From: an uncultured bacterium | GTDB lineage: Bacteria; Patescibacteriota; JACMRA01 | NCBI GenBank assembly: GCA_963704645.1 | Contig: OY969926.1 | Coordinates: 832,001-896,000, forward strand | Direction of reading: 5' to 3' | Length of the DNA stretch: 64,000 nucleotides | Part shown: positions 9,364-19,682 of the stretch, one piece after another | Layout of the letters: every line of letters starts with the position of its first letter | Position numbering within the stretch: position 1 is the stretch's first letter | Notes under the pieces: generated by a model | Seen by the model: only the letters and a program-made list of their open reading frames with translations | Databases searched by the model: none | Told to the model about the DNA's origin: nothing | Made by a program: the position numbers and the translations under genes

Positions 9364-10875
9364 ATGTCTTTGCCATATTTATTTGGAGTAAAACTTCCAC
9401 AAATTAGCAAAATTAATTTGAAGGCTGAAGTTAGAAATTTGAAGCAGAATAGCAAAACTAGTTTATACTTTTTATATAGCGAATTTTTATTAAGAGCCAA
9501 TCGAAACCCTGCTTATAAAGAGGTTTTAAACAAAGCTAGCATATCAGCTATAGATGGAAAAGGTTTGCATTGGAGCATGTGGAGAGTTATGGGAATTGGT
9601 GTTTTACCTAAGTTGTATTCTAATTTTGTTATAAATTGGCCAATATTTTTTAGGCTTCCAGTTTTTATAATTTTCTTCGGGTTAGAGTTAATTTGGAATT
9701 TAGTAGTTGGGTTGGTAACACTTTTATTAAAAATAAATTATACTTCAAGAACTAGAAACCAAACAATTTTGGGAAGAGATTTTGTTTATGATCTAATTAA
9801 AATAGCTGAAGAAAGAGGCTGGAAAACATTAATATTAGGAGGTAACTCAGCTAGCGATGAAGTAACCAAAAACCTTGTTCAACAAATTTTCCCCAATTTG
9901 AATTTAGTAACCTGGACACGCTCTTCTACATCGCTTTTAATGAAGGATATTCAGCCTAAAATTCCAACAAGGCCATATAATAATTTTGTAGACAGAGTTT
10001 TATCTTTTCTATCTAATAACCAAACTGTTTTAACAAGCAGCAATGTGTGCCAAGTTTTCCCCGATCTATATGAAGCCAAGCTATTTATTAAGCAAGAAAA
10101 GCCAGATTTAATTTTAACTTGTTTAGGTGGGGCAAGTGGAAAGCAAGAATTCTTTATAGATAATTTGTGCAATGACCCCGAGATACAATTTACTTTGGCT
10201 ACAGGAATTGGAGCGGCGGTTGACCATTTAGGTGGCGGTGCTAAACAGACTGAGGCTCCCAAATTTATGCAAAATATTGGGTTGGAATGGTTATTCAGGT
10301 TTTATAGTCAGCCATATAGAAGGCTTAGAATTGTAGATTCTATTGTGACACTTTGGTTTTGGACTACACTTCAAGAATTTATGTTAAATGGTAAGACTAG
10401 AAATACAGTTCACGCAGCACTTCACCGCTCTGATAGTTTATCTAGTAATGTTAAAATTTCTCAAAGCAGTCCTTTCTTGCTGGTGGAAAGGTATAATATT
10501 TTACCAGGTGATACTGGTTGGAGCATGGTTCAAGGTGAAATTGAAAACAAAGAAGATATTGGGCAGGCAGCATTACGTGAAGTTGTTGAGGAAACAAACT
10601 TAATTAAAAAAGATTTAATTTTGGTAGATTCGCCTGTAGATGTTGGTTTAGAATATAGCACTATATCATTTATACGATATCTTTTGTGGGGAGCAAAATA
10701 CAGTTCAACCAGAAACTATGTGCAGTTAATTGAATATATTGGTAGTAATTTACATCCAAAAACCAATTGGGAAAATCAAAGAGCTAAATGGTGGCCAGTG
10801 GCTGATATTACTTCAGTTTTATCTGTAGAAAAAAGAGTTGTTTGGGAAAAATTTATGTGGCAAAGAAGAAGTTAA
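9364..10875 (+). CDS. WecB/TagA/CpsF glycosyltransferase fused to a C-terminal NUDIX hydrolase
   Basis: AIDGKG, LGRDF, GKQEFFI, GIGAAVD, APKFMQNIGLEWLFRFYSQPYR (TagA); GEIENKEDIGQAALREVVEETNL (NUDIX box). Confidence 0.85.
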   Translation: MSLPYLFGVKLPQISKINLKAEVRNLKQNSKTSLYFLYSEFLLRANRNPAYKEVLNKASISAIDGKGLHWSMWRVMGIGVLPKLYSNFVINWPIFFRLPVFIIFFGLELIWNLVVGLVTLLLKINYTSRTRNQTILGRDFVYDLIKIAEERGWKTLILGGNSASDEVTKNLVQQIFPNLNLVTWTRSSTSLLMKDIQPKIPTRPYNNFVDRVLSFLSNNQTVLTSSNVCQVFPDLYEAKLFIKQEKPDLILTCLGGASGKQEFFIDNLCNDPEIQFTLATGIGAAVDHLGGGAKQTEAPKFMQNIGLEWLFRFYSQPYRRLRIVDSIVTLWFWTTLQEFMLNGKTRNTVHAALHRSDSLSSNVKISQSSPFLLVERYNILPGDTGWSMVQGEIENKEDIGQAALREVVEETNLIKKDLILVDSPVDVGLEYSTISFIRYLLWGAKYSSTRNYVQLIEYIGSNLHPKTNWENQRAKWWPVADITSVLSVEKRVVWEKFMWQRRS

Positions 10876-10937
10876 AAGTTTAGAAGAGGTAAATTGCTTG
10901 ACAAACCATGTCTTTGGCCTAAGATTTAAAGGAGTTT

Positions 10938-11014
10938 GCAGCCGTAGCTCAGCGGATTAGAGCGTCTGGTTGCGGTCCAGAAGGTCGCAGGTTCGATCCC
11001 TGCCGGTTGCACCA
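10938..11014 (+). tRNA. tRNA-Arg(GCG)
   Basis: GCAGCCG..CGGTTGC-A-CCA; anticodon arm TCTGG-TTGCGGT-CCAGA; A20 arginine identity element present. Confidence 0.95.
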
Positions 11015-11048
11015 AATTTTTAATTATAAACACCATATATTGTTTTCC

Positions 11049-12323
11049 ATGTTGTCTATTAATTACAATCCGAAAAAGTTATGGAGTTCCAAAAACAAAA
11101 AAAACAAATTCCCAAGCAGCACAAATCAAGATAACAACTCTAAATATCTTCCAAAAAAGAAAAGTAGATTTGAATTTAATTTTTTTAAAAACATTTTGAG
11201 AGCTAAAACAAACCTTAAATCAGATTTAGGTTCTATCTTAAGCCCCAAGGCTAAGAAGTTTTCAAGTTCTAACAACAAACAGAGCTACCCAATTTCTGGT
11301 CAATCTAGCAATATGAAGGTATTTGCCCCTAAAGCTTTACCAGACAATATTGTAGCTAAAGTAATTCCAGCAAGAAAAAGTAAATTTAGTTTTGGGTTTA
11401 AACCTGTAAAAAAACTTCAGGAAAGTTTGCATCCCAGAACTTTTTTTGGCTTCATGGCTTCATGGCAAAAAGAGTTTAAATTGTGGCTGGCTAAAATTCA
11501 GCTTATACCTAGGTTAAACCAATTAATATGGTTAGGTAGCTTAATAGTATTTTTAATGTTTTTCGTTTACCTATGCTTATTCGATACAACTTTTATTGTT
11601 AAAAATTACGAAATTAGATTTGCAAAAGGTTCGTATTTATCTGCAACTGATATGGCTAAAATTATAGAATCTTCTAAAAATTCTAAGCTTCTGGGAATTA
11701 TTCCTAACAATCAATATTGGTTTTTAAATAGCCAAAATTTAACTACAGTTTTTAGTAAGAATCAGAAAGAAATAAGGGATGTGAAAGTAATAGACAGAGT
11801 GTGGCCCAACAGCGCAATTTTAGAAATTACAACCGAGCCAATTTTGCTAACCTTAGGAATTAACAACGGAGAATATTGGAGAATTAGCCAATCTGGCGAA
11901 GTTTTAAGCAAAGACGATTCAGGATTAAGGGAAAAACTTGTTACTGTAGACAGACCCATTTCCTTAAATAAAAGCGGAGTTACCTTACAAAACTATTCTT
12001 TTCAAGACGATTTACCCCAGCTGAACCGATTTTGGTTTATAAACTGGCTATGGAAATTAATGGATTTACTAAATTATAAAGTAATTAGCACAACTCTGCC
12101 CAGTTTGTTTGATACAGACGTTATTCTTACCCTAGATTCTGGCACTAAATTGTATTTTGATTCCACGTCACTTGCCCAAGAATCTCAGAAGAAGAGAGTG
12201 GAAACAGTTTTGGATAGTAAATATAGAACTGAAATTAACTTGGGCGAAATTAATTACTTCGATTTTAGAATTTCAAGAAAAGTCTATATTTGCTTGCAGA
12301 ATAGAGAGTGCACTTCTAATTAA
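11049..12323 (+). CDS. FtsQ/DivIB-like cell division protein with long basic N-terminus
   Basis: Single TM then POTRA-like IRDVKVIDRVWPNSAILEITTE and C-terminal YFDFR; the ORF-track start at 11007 overlaps the tRNA so ATG 11049 is preferred. Confidence 0.65.
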   Translation: MLSINYNPKKLWSSKNKKNKFPSSTNQDNNSKYLPKKKSRFEFNFFKNILRAKTNLKSDLGSILSPKAKKFSSSNNKQSYPISGQSSNMKVFAPKALPDNIVAKVIPARKSKFSFGFKPVKKLQESLHPRTFFGFMASWQKEFKLWLAKIQLIPRLNQLIWLGSLIVFLMFFVYLCLFDTTFIVKNYEIRFAKGSYLSATDMAKIIESSKNSKLLGIIPNNQYWFLNSQNLTTVFSKNQKEIRDVKVIDRVWPNSAILEITTEPILLTLGINNGEYWRISQSGEVLSKDDSGLREKLVTVDRPISLNKSGVTLQNYSFQDDLPQLNRFWFINWLWKLMDLLNYKVISTTLPSLFDTDVILTLDSGTKLYFDSTSLAQESQKKRVETVLDSKYRTEINLGEINYFDFRISRKVYICLQNRECTSN

Positions 12324-12437
12324 CGCATCTTTAATTGGAACACAACCGTTATTAATTTACAATACTTTTTACTTGGGGTATATTCGAACTGATGTTAAAA
12401 CTTATTCGGTTTTTAACTAGAAAAATTGTACAACTTT

Positions 12438-14510
12438 ATGTCTAAAATTTTATGTGTGCTAGATGGTTTTGGTTTACTTCCTACATCTAAAAATAATGCT
12501 ACAGGTCTGGCCCAAATGCCAAATTTCAAATATCTTTTAAACAATTATTTCTGGACTACTTTAAATGCAGACGGGGTAAGTGTAGGTCAAGAAGCTGGGC
12601 TGGTTGGCAATAGCGAAGTTGGTCATATGAACATTGGCGGGTTAAAATTGGTTCCACAATTAAGTTATCAAATTACTGGTTCTGCAGAAAGTGGATATTT
12701 ATTAAATAAGGAAATTACTCCTAATCAGCTGTTTAGCCCACAAGATTTTTTGGGTAAGTTGTGGAGTTCCTCCCCAACGCACATTGCCGATGGAGATCAT
12801 GGGGTCTCGGCTACAACAGATAAATCGAAAACAATTCATTTGGTTGGTTTATTTTCTACGGGTTCAATTCATTCTGATTTACGACACTGGGCTGGTTCAA
12901 TTGAAGCTGCAGGGAAGGCTGGGGGGGAAAAAATTGTTTTACATATAATTTCAGATGGGCGAGATTCTGACCGACAAAGTTTAGGGGCTACTTGGGAGTA
13001 TTTTATAAATAAATTTGAAAGTCAGTTACAGCCTTATCAACACAAATTGTTTCTAGGTTCTGTTGGTGGACGTTTTTATTCTATGGATAGAGACAACAAT
13101 TGGGGTAGGGTGGCTAGGGGAATTATGCCAATGTTTGAGTATAAAGCTTTTGATAAAGAAGACGAAGGCAATTTTACTTTATTCAAAAAACATATTCTAG
13201 CTAAATACGAAGTTAATTTAGATCAAATTTTAGAAAGTGAAAAGCAAAGTTTGGAGAAAGACAATAGGCATTTTGAAACAGAAGAAGAGTATCAAGAGTT
13301 TGGCTATAAGAATTTTCATGTTTTCACAGAGCAGCATTTTTATACTTTCAATCCAGATAAAGCAGAGAGACTTGCTAACGGTCCTTTGAAAACTGATATA
13401 AAATGGATGCTTGAGTTTTATTCTAAAAAAAATTATAATAAGGAAATTTACGACGAATTTATTTTGCCTTGCAGCTGGTATTATCTACCAGTAAGTTTTA
13501 AGACTAGGCCTTTTTCTGGAATTTCAAAGAATGATACCGTTTGGCTACTTAATTTCCGTACAGATAGAATGAAGCAGTTTGCCTCAATGTTGTGTGATTT
13601 AAATCAGGAATTTAAACTAAATTTAACCATTCTTTCCAATAATAGTTACGGCATTAAACAAGAAATATTTTTAGACGAAAACCTAAACAAATCGGAAAAT
13701 ATTATTCCTAAAGATTTTAATATTGAAACTTATAAGGAAGGTGGTTATTATCCTATTTTTAAGAATAAACCTGTTAAATCAACGTTAGCTGAATACATTA
13801 GTAAGCAGGGTCAAACTCAGTTACATATAGCCGAGACTGAAAAATTTAACCATGTTACTTACTTTATGAATGGTGGGCAAAGCAAAAAATGGGAGGGTGA
13901 AGATTGGGTTGTAATAGATTCTAATAAGGTTAACAGCCATGCTGAAAAACCAGAAATGAAAGCCAAAGAAGTAACTGATTACATTTTAGAAAGCGGCATT
14001 GGAAAATATGATTATATCTTAGTGAATTACGCTAATCCAGACATGATTGGCCATACTGGAAACATTGAAGCAGCAATTAAAACAATGGAAGTAGTAGATG
14101 AACAATTAGGTAGATTAATTGAAGCCTGCGAAAGCGGTGGCCACAGTTTAATAATTACAGCAGATCATGGTAATGTAGAAAAAGTTGGTAACTTTGAAGA
14201 CAACCAAGGGCATAATTTAATTGATACAGAGCACAATTCAAGCTCGGTGCCGTTAATTGTGTTAAGCCCAAATTGGAAAACGAAATCTGAAAATATTGTT
14301 GGTTTAAATAGCCAATTTATTGAAGAAATTTTAGCTAAGGCAGCTAGCCTGGAAAAAGAAAAAATTCATGCTGATTCAGAAAAACTAGGTTTGGTTTTAA
14401 ATCAGACAAACTTGGTAAATTTATCCAATAATGAATGGCTAGATAGAAACCAAATTCCAACCCCTGTTCTTCCGCTTTGGTATGCTGGCTTATTAGTACT
14501 AATCAGCTAA
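12438..14510 (+). CDS. gpmI: 2,3-bisphosphoglycerate-independent phosphoglycerate mutase with large insertions
   Basis: LDGFG, GNSEVGH, DGRD, GRFYSMDRD, NFRTDR, AETEK, NPDMIGHTG, TADHGN. Confidence 0.93.
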   Translation: MSKILCVLDGFGLLPTSKNNATGLAQMPNFKYLLNNYFWTTLNADGVSVGQEAGLVGNSEVGHMNIGGLKLVPQLSYQITGSAESGYLLNKEITPNQLFSPQDFLGKLWSSSPTHIADGDHGVSATTDKSKTIHLVGLFSTGSIHSDLRHWAGSIEAAGKAGGEKIVLHIISDGRDSDRQSLGATWEYFINKFESQLQPYQHKLFLGSVGGRFYSMDRDNNWGRVARGIMPMFEYKAFDKEDEGNFTLFKKHILAKYEVNLDQILESEKQSLEKDNRHFETEEEYQEFGYKNFHVFTEQHFYTFNPDKAERLANGPLKTDIKWMLEFYSKKNYNKEIYDEFILPCSWYYLPVSFKTRPFSGISKNDTVWLLNFRTDRMKQFASMLCDLNQEFKLNLTILSNNSYGIKQEIFLDENLNKSENIIPKDFNIETYKEGGYYPIFKNKPVKSTLAEYISKQGQTQLHIAETEKFNHVTYFMNGGQSKKWEGEDWVVIDSNKVNSHAEKPEMKAKEVTDYILESGIGKYDYILVNYANPDMIGHTGNIEAAIKTMEVVDEQLGRLIEACESGGHSLIITADHGNVEKVGNFEDNQGHNLIDTEHNSSSVPLIVLSPNWKTKSENIVGLNSQFIEEILAKAASLEKEKIHADSEKLGLVLNQTNLVNLSNNEWLDRNQIPTPVLPLWYAGLLVLIS

Positions 14511-14520
14511 AATTTATTGT

Positions 14521-15147
14521 TTATTGTCTTAAGGCTTCTTTTATTGCTTGGGCATTAAGTAAGGCTGCAGTTTGCAAATTGGTTTGCTGATCTTTTTGGA
14601 ACAAAGCCATAACTTGTGTTGAAACATATGAAGGATTCGGTACATTTTCAAACACAAAACCACTTACTTTACCGTCTGCACTTTCGCCAGAACTTCCAGC
14701 AGTTTGAACCACAACGTTACCAAAGTTTAGCAAAGTTCCCCAAAAACCATTTTTCTTGTAACTAACGTCTTCAATATTGGCTATGCTTAAAGTGTTAACT
14801 TCCCTGTTAAACAATCCTTTTTGGTCTACATCAATAACTCTTTCCGAGGTTACTATTTGAATAGATAAATAATAATTGTGAAAAATAATACTAAAAATTA
14901 ATATTAAAATTGCATTTATAGAAAATAAAAATACATCAAAAAGTGCCATTCCACCTTTATCTAAAAAGCCAAGCAAAACAGCTCTTGCTGCCAGCATTAC
15001 TAGAAAAACTAAAAATAATCCTATGGCTTTGGTTACTATAATTACTAAATCTTCTCTAACTACTAAAACTAGATCTTCGTCATTTTTTACTTTATCTGGA
15101 AGGCCAGGTTTATTCCAAATTAATTCGTCAAAATTAGTTTCTTTCAT
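14521..15147 (-). CDS. Bacterial PH-domain membrane protein
   Basis: Two TM helices then VTSERVIDVDQKGLF...IEDVS...LNFGNVVVQTAG...FENVPNP. Confidence 0.8.
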   Translation of the reverse strand: MKETNFDELIWNKPGLPDKVKNDEDLVLVVREDLVIIVTKAIGLFLVFLVMLAARAVLLGFLDKGGMALFDVFLFSINAILILIFSIIFHNYYLSIQIVTSERVIDVDQKGLFNREVNTLSIANIEDVSYKKNGFWGTLLNFGNVVVQTAGSSGESADGKVSGFVFENVPNPSYVSTQVMALFQKDQQTNLQTAALLNAQAIKEALRQ

Positions 15148-15239
15148 ATTCTATAAAAGTTATATTTTACGCCGAATGTCAATTTTGGATTATTCTTAAA
15201 GATTTTGACATTAAAACAATAAATAATCAGGTTTCAAGC
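15148..15239. promoter_or_regulatory. Divergent leaderless-type sigma70 promoters (PH-domain gene / ctpA)
   Basis: TTGACA on each strand (15177-15182 minus, 15205-15210 plus), each exactly 29 nt from its ATG; no SD. Confidence 0.65.
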
Positions 15240-16439
15240 ATGGAAAATAATAATACTGATGTTGCTTTAGAAAGTGGAAATCAAACAAATACTCTTAAAT
15301 TGCTTAACAGACGATTGGTAATTTTTGAGGTTTTAACTTTGGTTTTAATAATTGCTGTTGGTTTTTTTGCGGTAGATAAGTTTTATCCTGCCGAAATTAA
15401 TAGACAGACAGCTAACAGAAAGCAAGAAATTTTGAATATTATTAAAAACAACTATAAAGGTGATGTTTCAACTGCTGCTGAGCAGTCTAATGGTGAGCTT
15501 GCTGGCTTGGTTGCATCTTTAAAAGACCCATATTCAGATTTTATTCCTAAAGATAAAATTAACGATTTTCAAAATGGCCTAAACGAAAAATACAGCGGAA
15601 TTGGAATTAGGTTTAGTCGTGAAAATAGCAGGGTTTTTGTAACTCAAGTTTTTAAAAATGGCCCTGCAAGTTTGGCTGGAATTAATATTGGCAACGAACT
15701 TTTAAAAGTAGAAGACAAAGAAATTAAAAATTTAAACAATGACCAACTAGCTAATTTCATTAGAGGTGAAGAAAACAGCACTGTAAATATTACTATTTCA
15801 ACTTCCCCCAAAGACCAGCCTGCAGTGGAAAAAAAGATTACTTTAACCAGAAAAAATGTTCAGTCAGATTTAGTAAGTCTGGAAGTTAAAGATGATGTGG
15901 GTGTAATTAGTATTACTTCTTTCGGAGATGCCACTGGTTTTAAAATGGGAGAAATTGCTAAAGAGATAAGGAGTAATTCCAACATTAAAAAACTGGTATT
16001 AGACTTAAGAAGTAATACAGGTGGTTTGTTAGACCAATCAACAATAGTTGCAAGTTACTTTCTGCCAGAAAATAGTATGTTTGTAAAAGAAAACTATAAA
16101 AATACTACAAAAGAGGAGCGAACAAAAAAGGTTGAAAATAGTTTAGTAAATTACCCGGTAATTGTTGCTGTAGATCAAAGCTCGGCTTCCGCTAGCGAAA
16201 TTTTAGCAGCATCTCTGCGAGACTATAGAAATGTAAAGCTAGTAGGACAAAAAACTTATGGAAAAGGAGTCGTTCAGCAAATTTTTACTTTGAGTAGTGG
16301 AGACTTACTAAAAATTACCATTGCAGAGTGGTTGTCGCCAAAGGGTGAAAAAATTAATGGTAAAGGCTTGGAGCCAGATATTTCTGTAGATATTGATAAA
16401 AACACTATAGATAAAGCAGTGGAAGAAATTAATAAATAA
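15240..16439 (+). CDS. ctpA: S41 C-terminal processing peptidase with PDZ domain
   Basis: DPYS, GIGI PDZ, LDLRSNTGG, SASASEI, TYGKG.VQ, GLEPDI. Confidence 0.92.
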   Translation: MENNNTDVALESGNQTNTLKLLNRRLVIFEVLTLVLIIAVGFFAVDKFYPAEINRQTANRKQEILNIIKNNYKGDVSTAAEQSNGELAGLVASLKDPYSDFIPKDKINDFQNGLNEKYSGIGIRFSRENSRVFVTQVFKNGPASLAGINIGNELLKVEDKEIKNLNNDQLANFIRGEENSTVNITISTSPKDQPAVEKKITLTRKNVQSDLVSLEVKDDVGVISITSFGDATGFKMGEIAKEIRSNSNIKKLVLDLRSNTGGLLDQSTIVASYFLPENSMFVKENYKNTTKEERTKKVENSLVNYPVIVAVDQSSASASEILAASLRDYRNVKLVGQKTYGKGVVQQIFTLSSGDLLKITIAEWLSPKGEKINGKGLEPDISVDIDKNTIDKAVEEINK

Positions 16440-16451
16440 CAGTCATTTTAA

Positions 16452-17738
16452 ATGCCTAAATTGGCAATAGATTTAAGAAGTTTAAATTATCCTGTTAGAA
16501 CTGGAGTAAACATTTATTTCCTTAATGTGTTAAAAGTGCTATCTGAAATTAAGCAGAAGCAACCAAATATAGAAGTCACAGGCTTTGGTTTACAGCAGCC
16601 TAATTTGGCAAATTTAGAGAAAGAATTTTGGTGGTGGAAGCCATTGTTTAATAATTACATTCATTCTAAAAATATCTGGGCTGCTAAAATTATTCAAACC
16701 ATTTATTTAGTATTAAATTTATTTGGAATTGTAAGAATTAGTTCGAACTCATTTTTATCTTATTTTGGTATACCTAATAATGCTACTCATTTTTTTCAAC
16801 CTCAAATTAAAAGTATTATAATTCCAAAAACTTCTAATTGGTTAATTGCTACCCACGACTTTTTTTATTTACAAATTCCAGATTGGTCTAATTGGTTGAA
16901 AAGACCTAATGAATTAAAACTGTTGGCTAATAATTTGTTGAATCAATGTAACCAAGTCTGGGCTAATTCTATTTCAACAACTAATCAGATTAAGCAATTT
17001 TTTCCATCAACTAAAAAAGATAAAATTAAACTAGTTTACTTAGCCAGTTCAAATTATTATACGAAATCAATTGTAAATAATGATAATCGAAACAATTTAA
17101 AAACCTCTAATTCCATTAATTCTACAAACCTTGAAGACTCTTATTCTAAGCGTCAGGAATTCAAATCAAATCAGACTTTAATTATAAATAGAGAGGTGGA
17201 AGATGGGAAATATTTTATTGCTTTAGCTGGAATAGAACCTAGAAAAAATTGGTATAATTTACTGCAAGCATGGAAGATTTTGGAAGGGAAAAGCAGCTGG
17301 AATTACCGACTTGTTTTAGCTGGAAGAATTGTTGATAAAAAATATTATTTAGACTTATTAAATTTAATTGAACAATTTGATTTGAAGAACATTATTTGGA
17401 AATTAGATATTTCTGAGTTAGAAAAAACAGAACTTCTGAAAAATTCTATAGCTTTAGTTTACCCCTCGTTATTTGAAGGCTTTGGTTTCCCTATTCTAGA
17501 AAGTTGGGAGAATAATGTTTCAGTAATAGTAGGAAATATGGGTAGTAGTATGGAAATAGGGCAGGGGGCAGTTTTAGCGGTGAACCCCCTAGATATTGAA
17601 GATATAGCTGCTGCTATGGAAATTTTAGTAGAAGATGAGGTTTTTAGAAAAGAATTAATTGCTAAAGGATCAGTTCGTCTTAAAGATTTTTCTTGGGAGG
17701 AGTACAAAGTAAAATTGGAAGAGTGGTTAGGGTTGTAA
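16452..17738 (+). CDS. Glycosyltransferase family 4
   Basis: THD, GIEPRKN, YPSLFEGFGFPILE. Confidence 0.9.
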   Translation: MPKLAIDLRSLNYPVRTGVNIYFLNVLKVLSEIKQKQPNIEVTGFGLQQPNLANLEKEFWWWKPLFNNYIHSKNIWAAKIIQTIYLVLNLFGIVRISSNSFLSYFGIPNNATHFFQPQIKSIIIPKTSNWLIATHDFFYLQIPDWSNWLKRPNELKLLANNLLNQCNQVWANSISTTNQIKQFFPSTKKDKIKLVYLASSNYYTKSIVNNDNRNNLKTSNSINSTNLEDSYSKRQEFKSNQTLIINREVEDGKYFIALAGIEPRKNWYNLLQAWKILEGKSSWNYRLVLAGRIVDKKYYLDLLNLIEQFDLKNIIWKLDISELEKTELLKNSIALVYPSLFEGFGFPILESWENNVSVIVGNMGSSMEIGQGAVLAVNPLDIEDIAAAMEILVEDEVFRKELIAKGSVRLKDFSWEEYKVKLEEWLGL

Positions 17739-17994
17739 ATTATTTCAAGTATAAACTTTCTGGGGGAAGATATGTATTATTTCACAGGATTAATGAAAGA
17801 AAACAGGAGTTGCAAACCTCATCTTTCTCGCACCTAGCTACCTCCAAGCCTGACGGCCTGGCTCCTCTTGCTAGGTCTACTTTCCATCTCATTAACTCTT
17901 GCAATTTTGCCCAAAACAAAAAAACAAAATACACTAACAAGCATAAGCAGAAAATATACTCTTCTGTGTGTATTTAAAAAAACAAAAACAAAAT

Positions 17995-19653
17995 ATGAAC
18001 CAAAAAAAATCTTTGAAAAAAGACACTAATCTAAATTCCTTCTTCCAATCAAAAAAAGGTAAATATTCTTTAGTCTCAGTATTAGCACTTTCTGTACTTC
18101 TTATCTCAGGATTATTTACATATAACCTATTAAAACAAGATTCTGATACAGCCAAAGCAGCAAATACAGCAGCAACTGCTTTTAACCCCTCAGACTGTGC
18201 AACTTATACATCTAATGGAGGAACAAATACAGCAGGAGTATGTTTTGTAAAAATGTATGAAAAGAACGGACAATTATATAGAAGTTTAGATATTGCTCCA
18301 GGAGAATTAGTTAATGTAAGAAACTATTATAATAATACAACTACAGCATCTGTAACAGCAGCTAACATTACAGATAGTATGCCAGCCAACTTCACAAGAG
18401 TAGGAGCAGTAACAAATAGTTATGTAGACGCTACTCCAGTAACACTAAACAATAATGTATTTACAGGACAGAACCTTTCTGTAGCACCAGGTGCTGGATA
18501 CTTTGGTTATGCTGCAGACAATACTCTTACTTCTTCTAATTTGGAGTTGGGGAAGAAGAGGTATTTCATAATTAATGAATGTGATTACAACCAAGGTAAT
18601 GTAAATATTACCTACAACAGAACACCGGCCGGGGTACCTAGTAACACAGTACCTTCAGGAATCACTTGTCAGACTACAGGATATGGAGCAGGAGGCCCTG
18701 CCAGTATTGTGCCTATAGATATTGCAGGAAAAAGAAACATGTACATAGCTGAATGTGACTACAATACTAATAATGCTACTATTACATACAATAGAACAGG
18801 AAATAGCGGGGCAACTAACGGCACTGTACCTGCAACTAACTGTGTAACTACTGGTTATGTATTTTCTGGTGCTCACCAATTAAACTTTGACTTATTAGGA
18901 AATAGATATGTTCATCTTGCAGAATGTGACTATAGTGGTGGAACTATTACTTACAACAGAACTGGTAACTTTACAGCTAATAACACTGCTACTTTAAGTG
19001 TGGTTTGTTCTGCTACTGGTTTTGGAGCAGCAGTAGGTGGAACCAGTATTACTTCCGACCTCTCAGACACCACCAGAGGCCACGGCTACATCTCATACTC
19101 CATGCAAGCACCAGCCAGTGGACTTACCAACGGACAACAGGTTGGCACCACGGGGACTCTAACAGCATCAGGAGCTAAAACATCAGGAACAGCTAGCTCT
19201 TTAACAGTTAACTTCACTTCACTTCTAGAAGTAGAATGTTCCATCACAGACCCATGTGCCCTATTCGAAACAGCACTATCCTACAGCCCAACCCAAGCCC
19301 TAGCCAAAAGATATGGAGCTTCTGGTTCTACAAACTCAGATAACCTAATACTAACTCTAAAAGATACAAGATTAGAACAATCTGGATTTACTACAACATG
19401 TTCCATAAAATACAAATTCAGAACAGATACAAGCTACAGAACATTAACAACAAACTCTACATACAACAATACTACAGGATGTACAGGAAACCTTCTTAAA
19501 GCAAATCAACTATTATTCAATGTAGACTTTGAAATAACTGCAATAACAACAAATACAACTACAAACACTACAAAGAACTATCTAATCTATTCCAACTATG
19601 ATTTCAAAGCTGGTTCTATTGGAGTTACTTCTATTGGTGGAAGTGGGTTGTAG
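17995..19653 (+). CDS. Membrane-anchored, Thr/Gly/Asn-rich surface protein with a DUF11-like domain and three Cys-containing repeats
   Basis: N-terminal TM; YYNNTTTASVTAANITDSMPANF (DUF11-like); 3x ECDY..ITYNRT..C..TG(Y/F); ATG 17995 preferred over GTG 17968. Confidence 0.7.
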   Translation: MNQKKSLKKDTNLNSFFQSKKGKYSLVSVLALSVLLISGLFTYNLLKQDSDTAKAANTAATAFNPSDCATYTSNGGTNTAGVCFVKMYEKNGQLYRSLDIAPGELVNVRNYYNNTTTASVTAANITDSMPANFTRVGAVTNSYVDATPVTLNNNVFTGQNLSVAPGAGYFGYAADNTLTSSNLELGKKRYFIINECDYNQGNVNITYNRTPAGVPSNTVPSGITCQTTGYGAGGPASIVPIDIAGKRNMYIAECDYNTNNATITYNRTGNSGATNGTVPATNCVTTGYVFSGAHQLNFDLLGNRYVHLAECDYSGGTITYNRTGNFTANNTATLSVVCSATGFGAAVGGTSITSDLSDTTRGHGYISYSMQAPASGLTNGQQVGTTGTLTASGAKTSGTASSLTVNFTSLLEVECSITDPCALFETALSYSPTQALAKRYGASGSTNSDNLILTLKDTRLEQSGFTTTCSIKYKFRTDTSYRTLTTNSTYNNTTGCTGNLLKANQLLFNVDFEITAITTNTTTNTTKNYLIYSNYDFKAGSIGVTSIGGSGL

Positions 19654-19682
19654 GGGTTAATCATTGAAATTCACAACACTAT

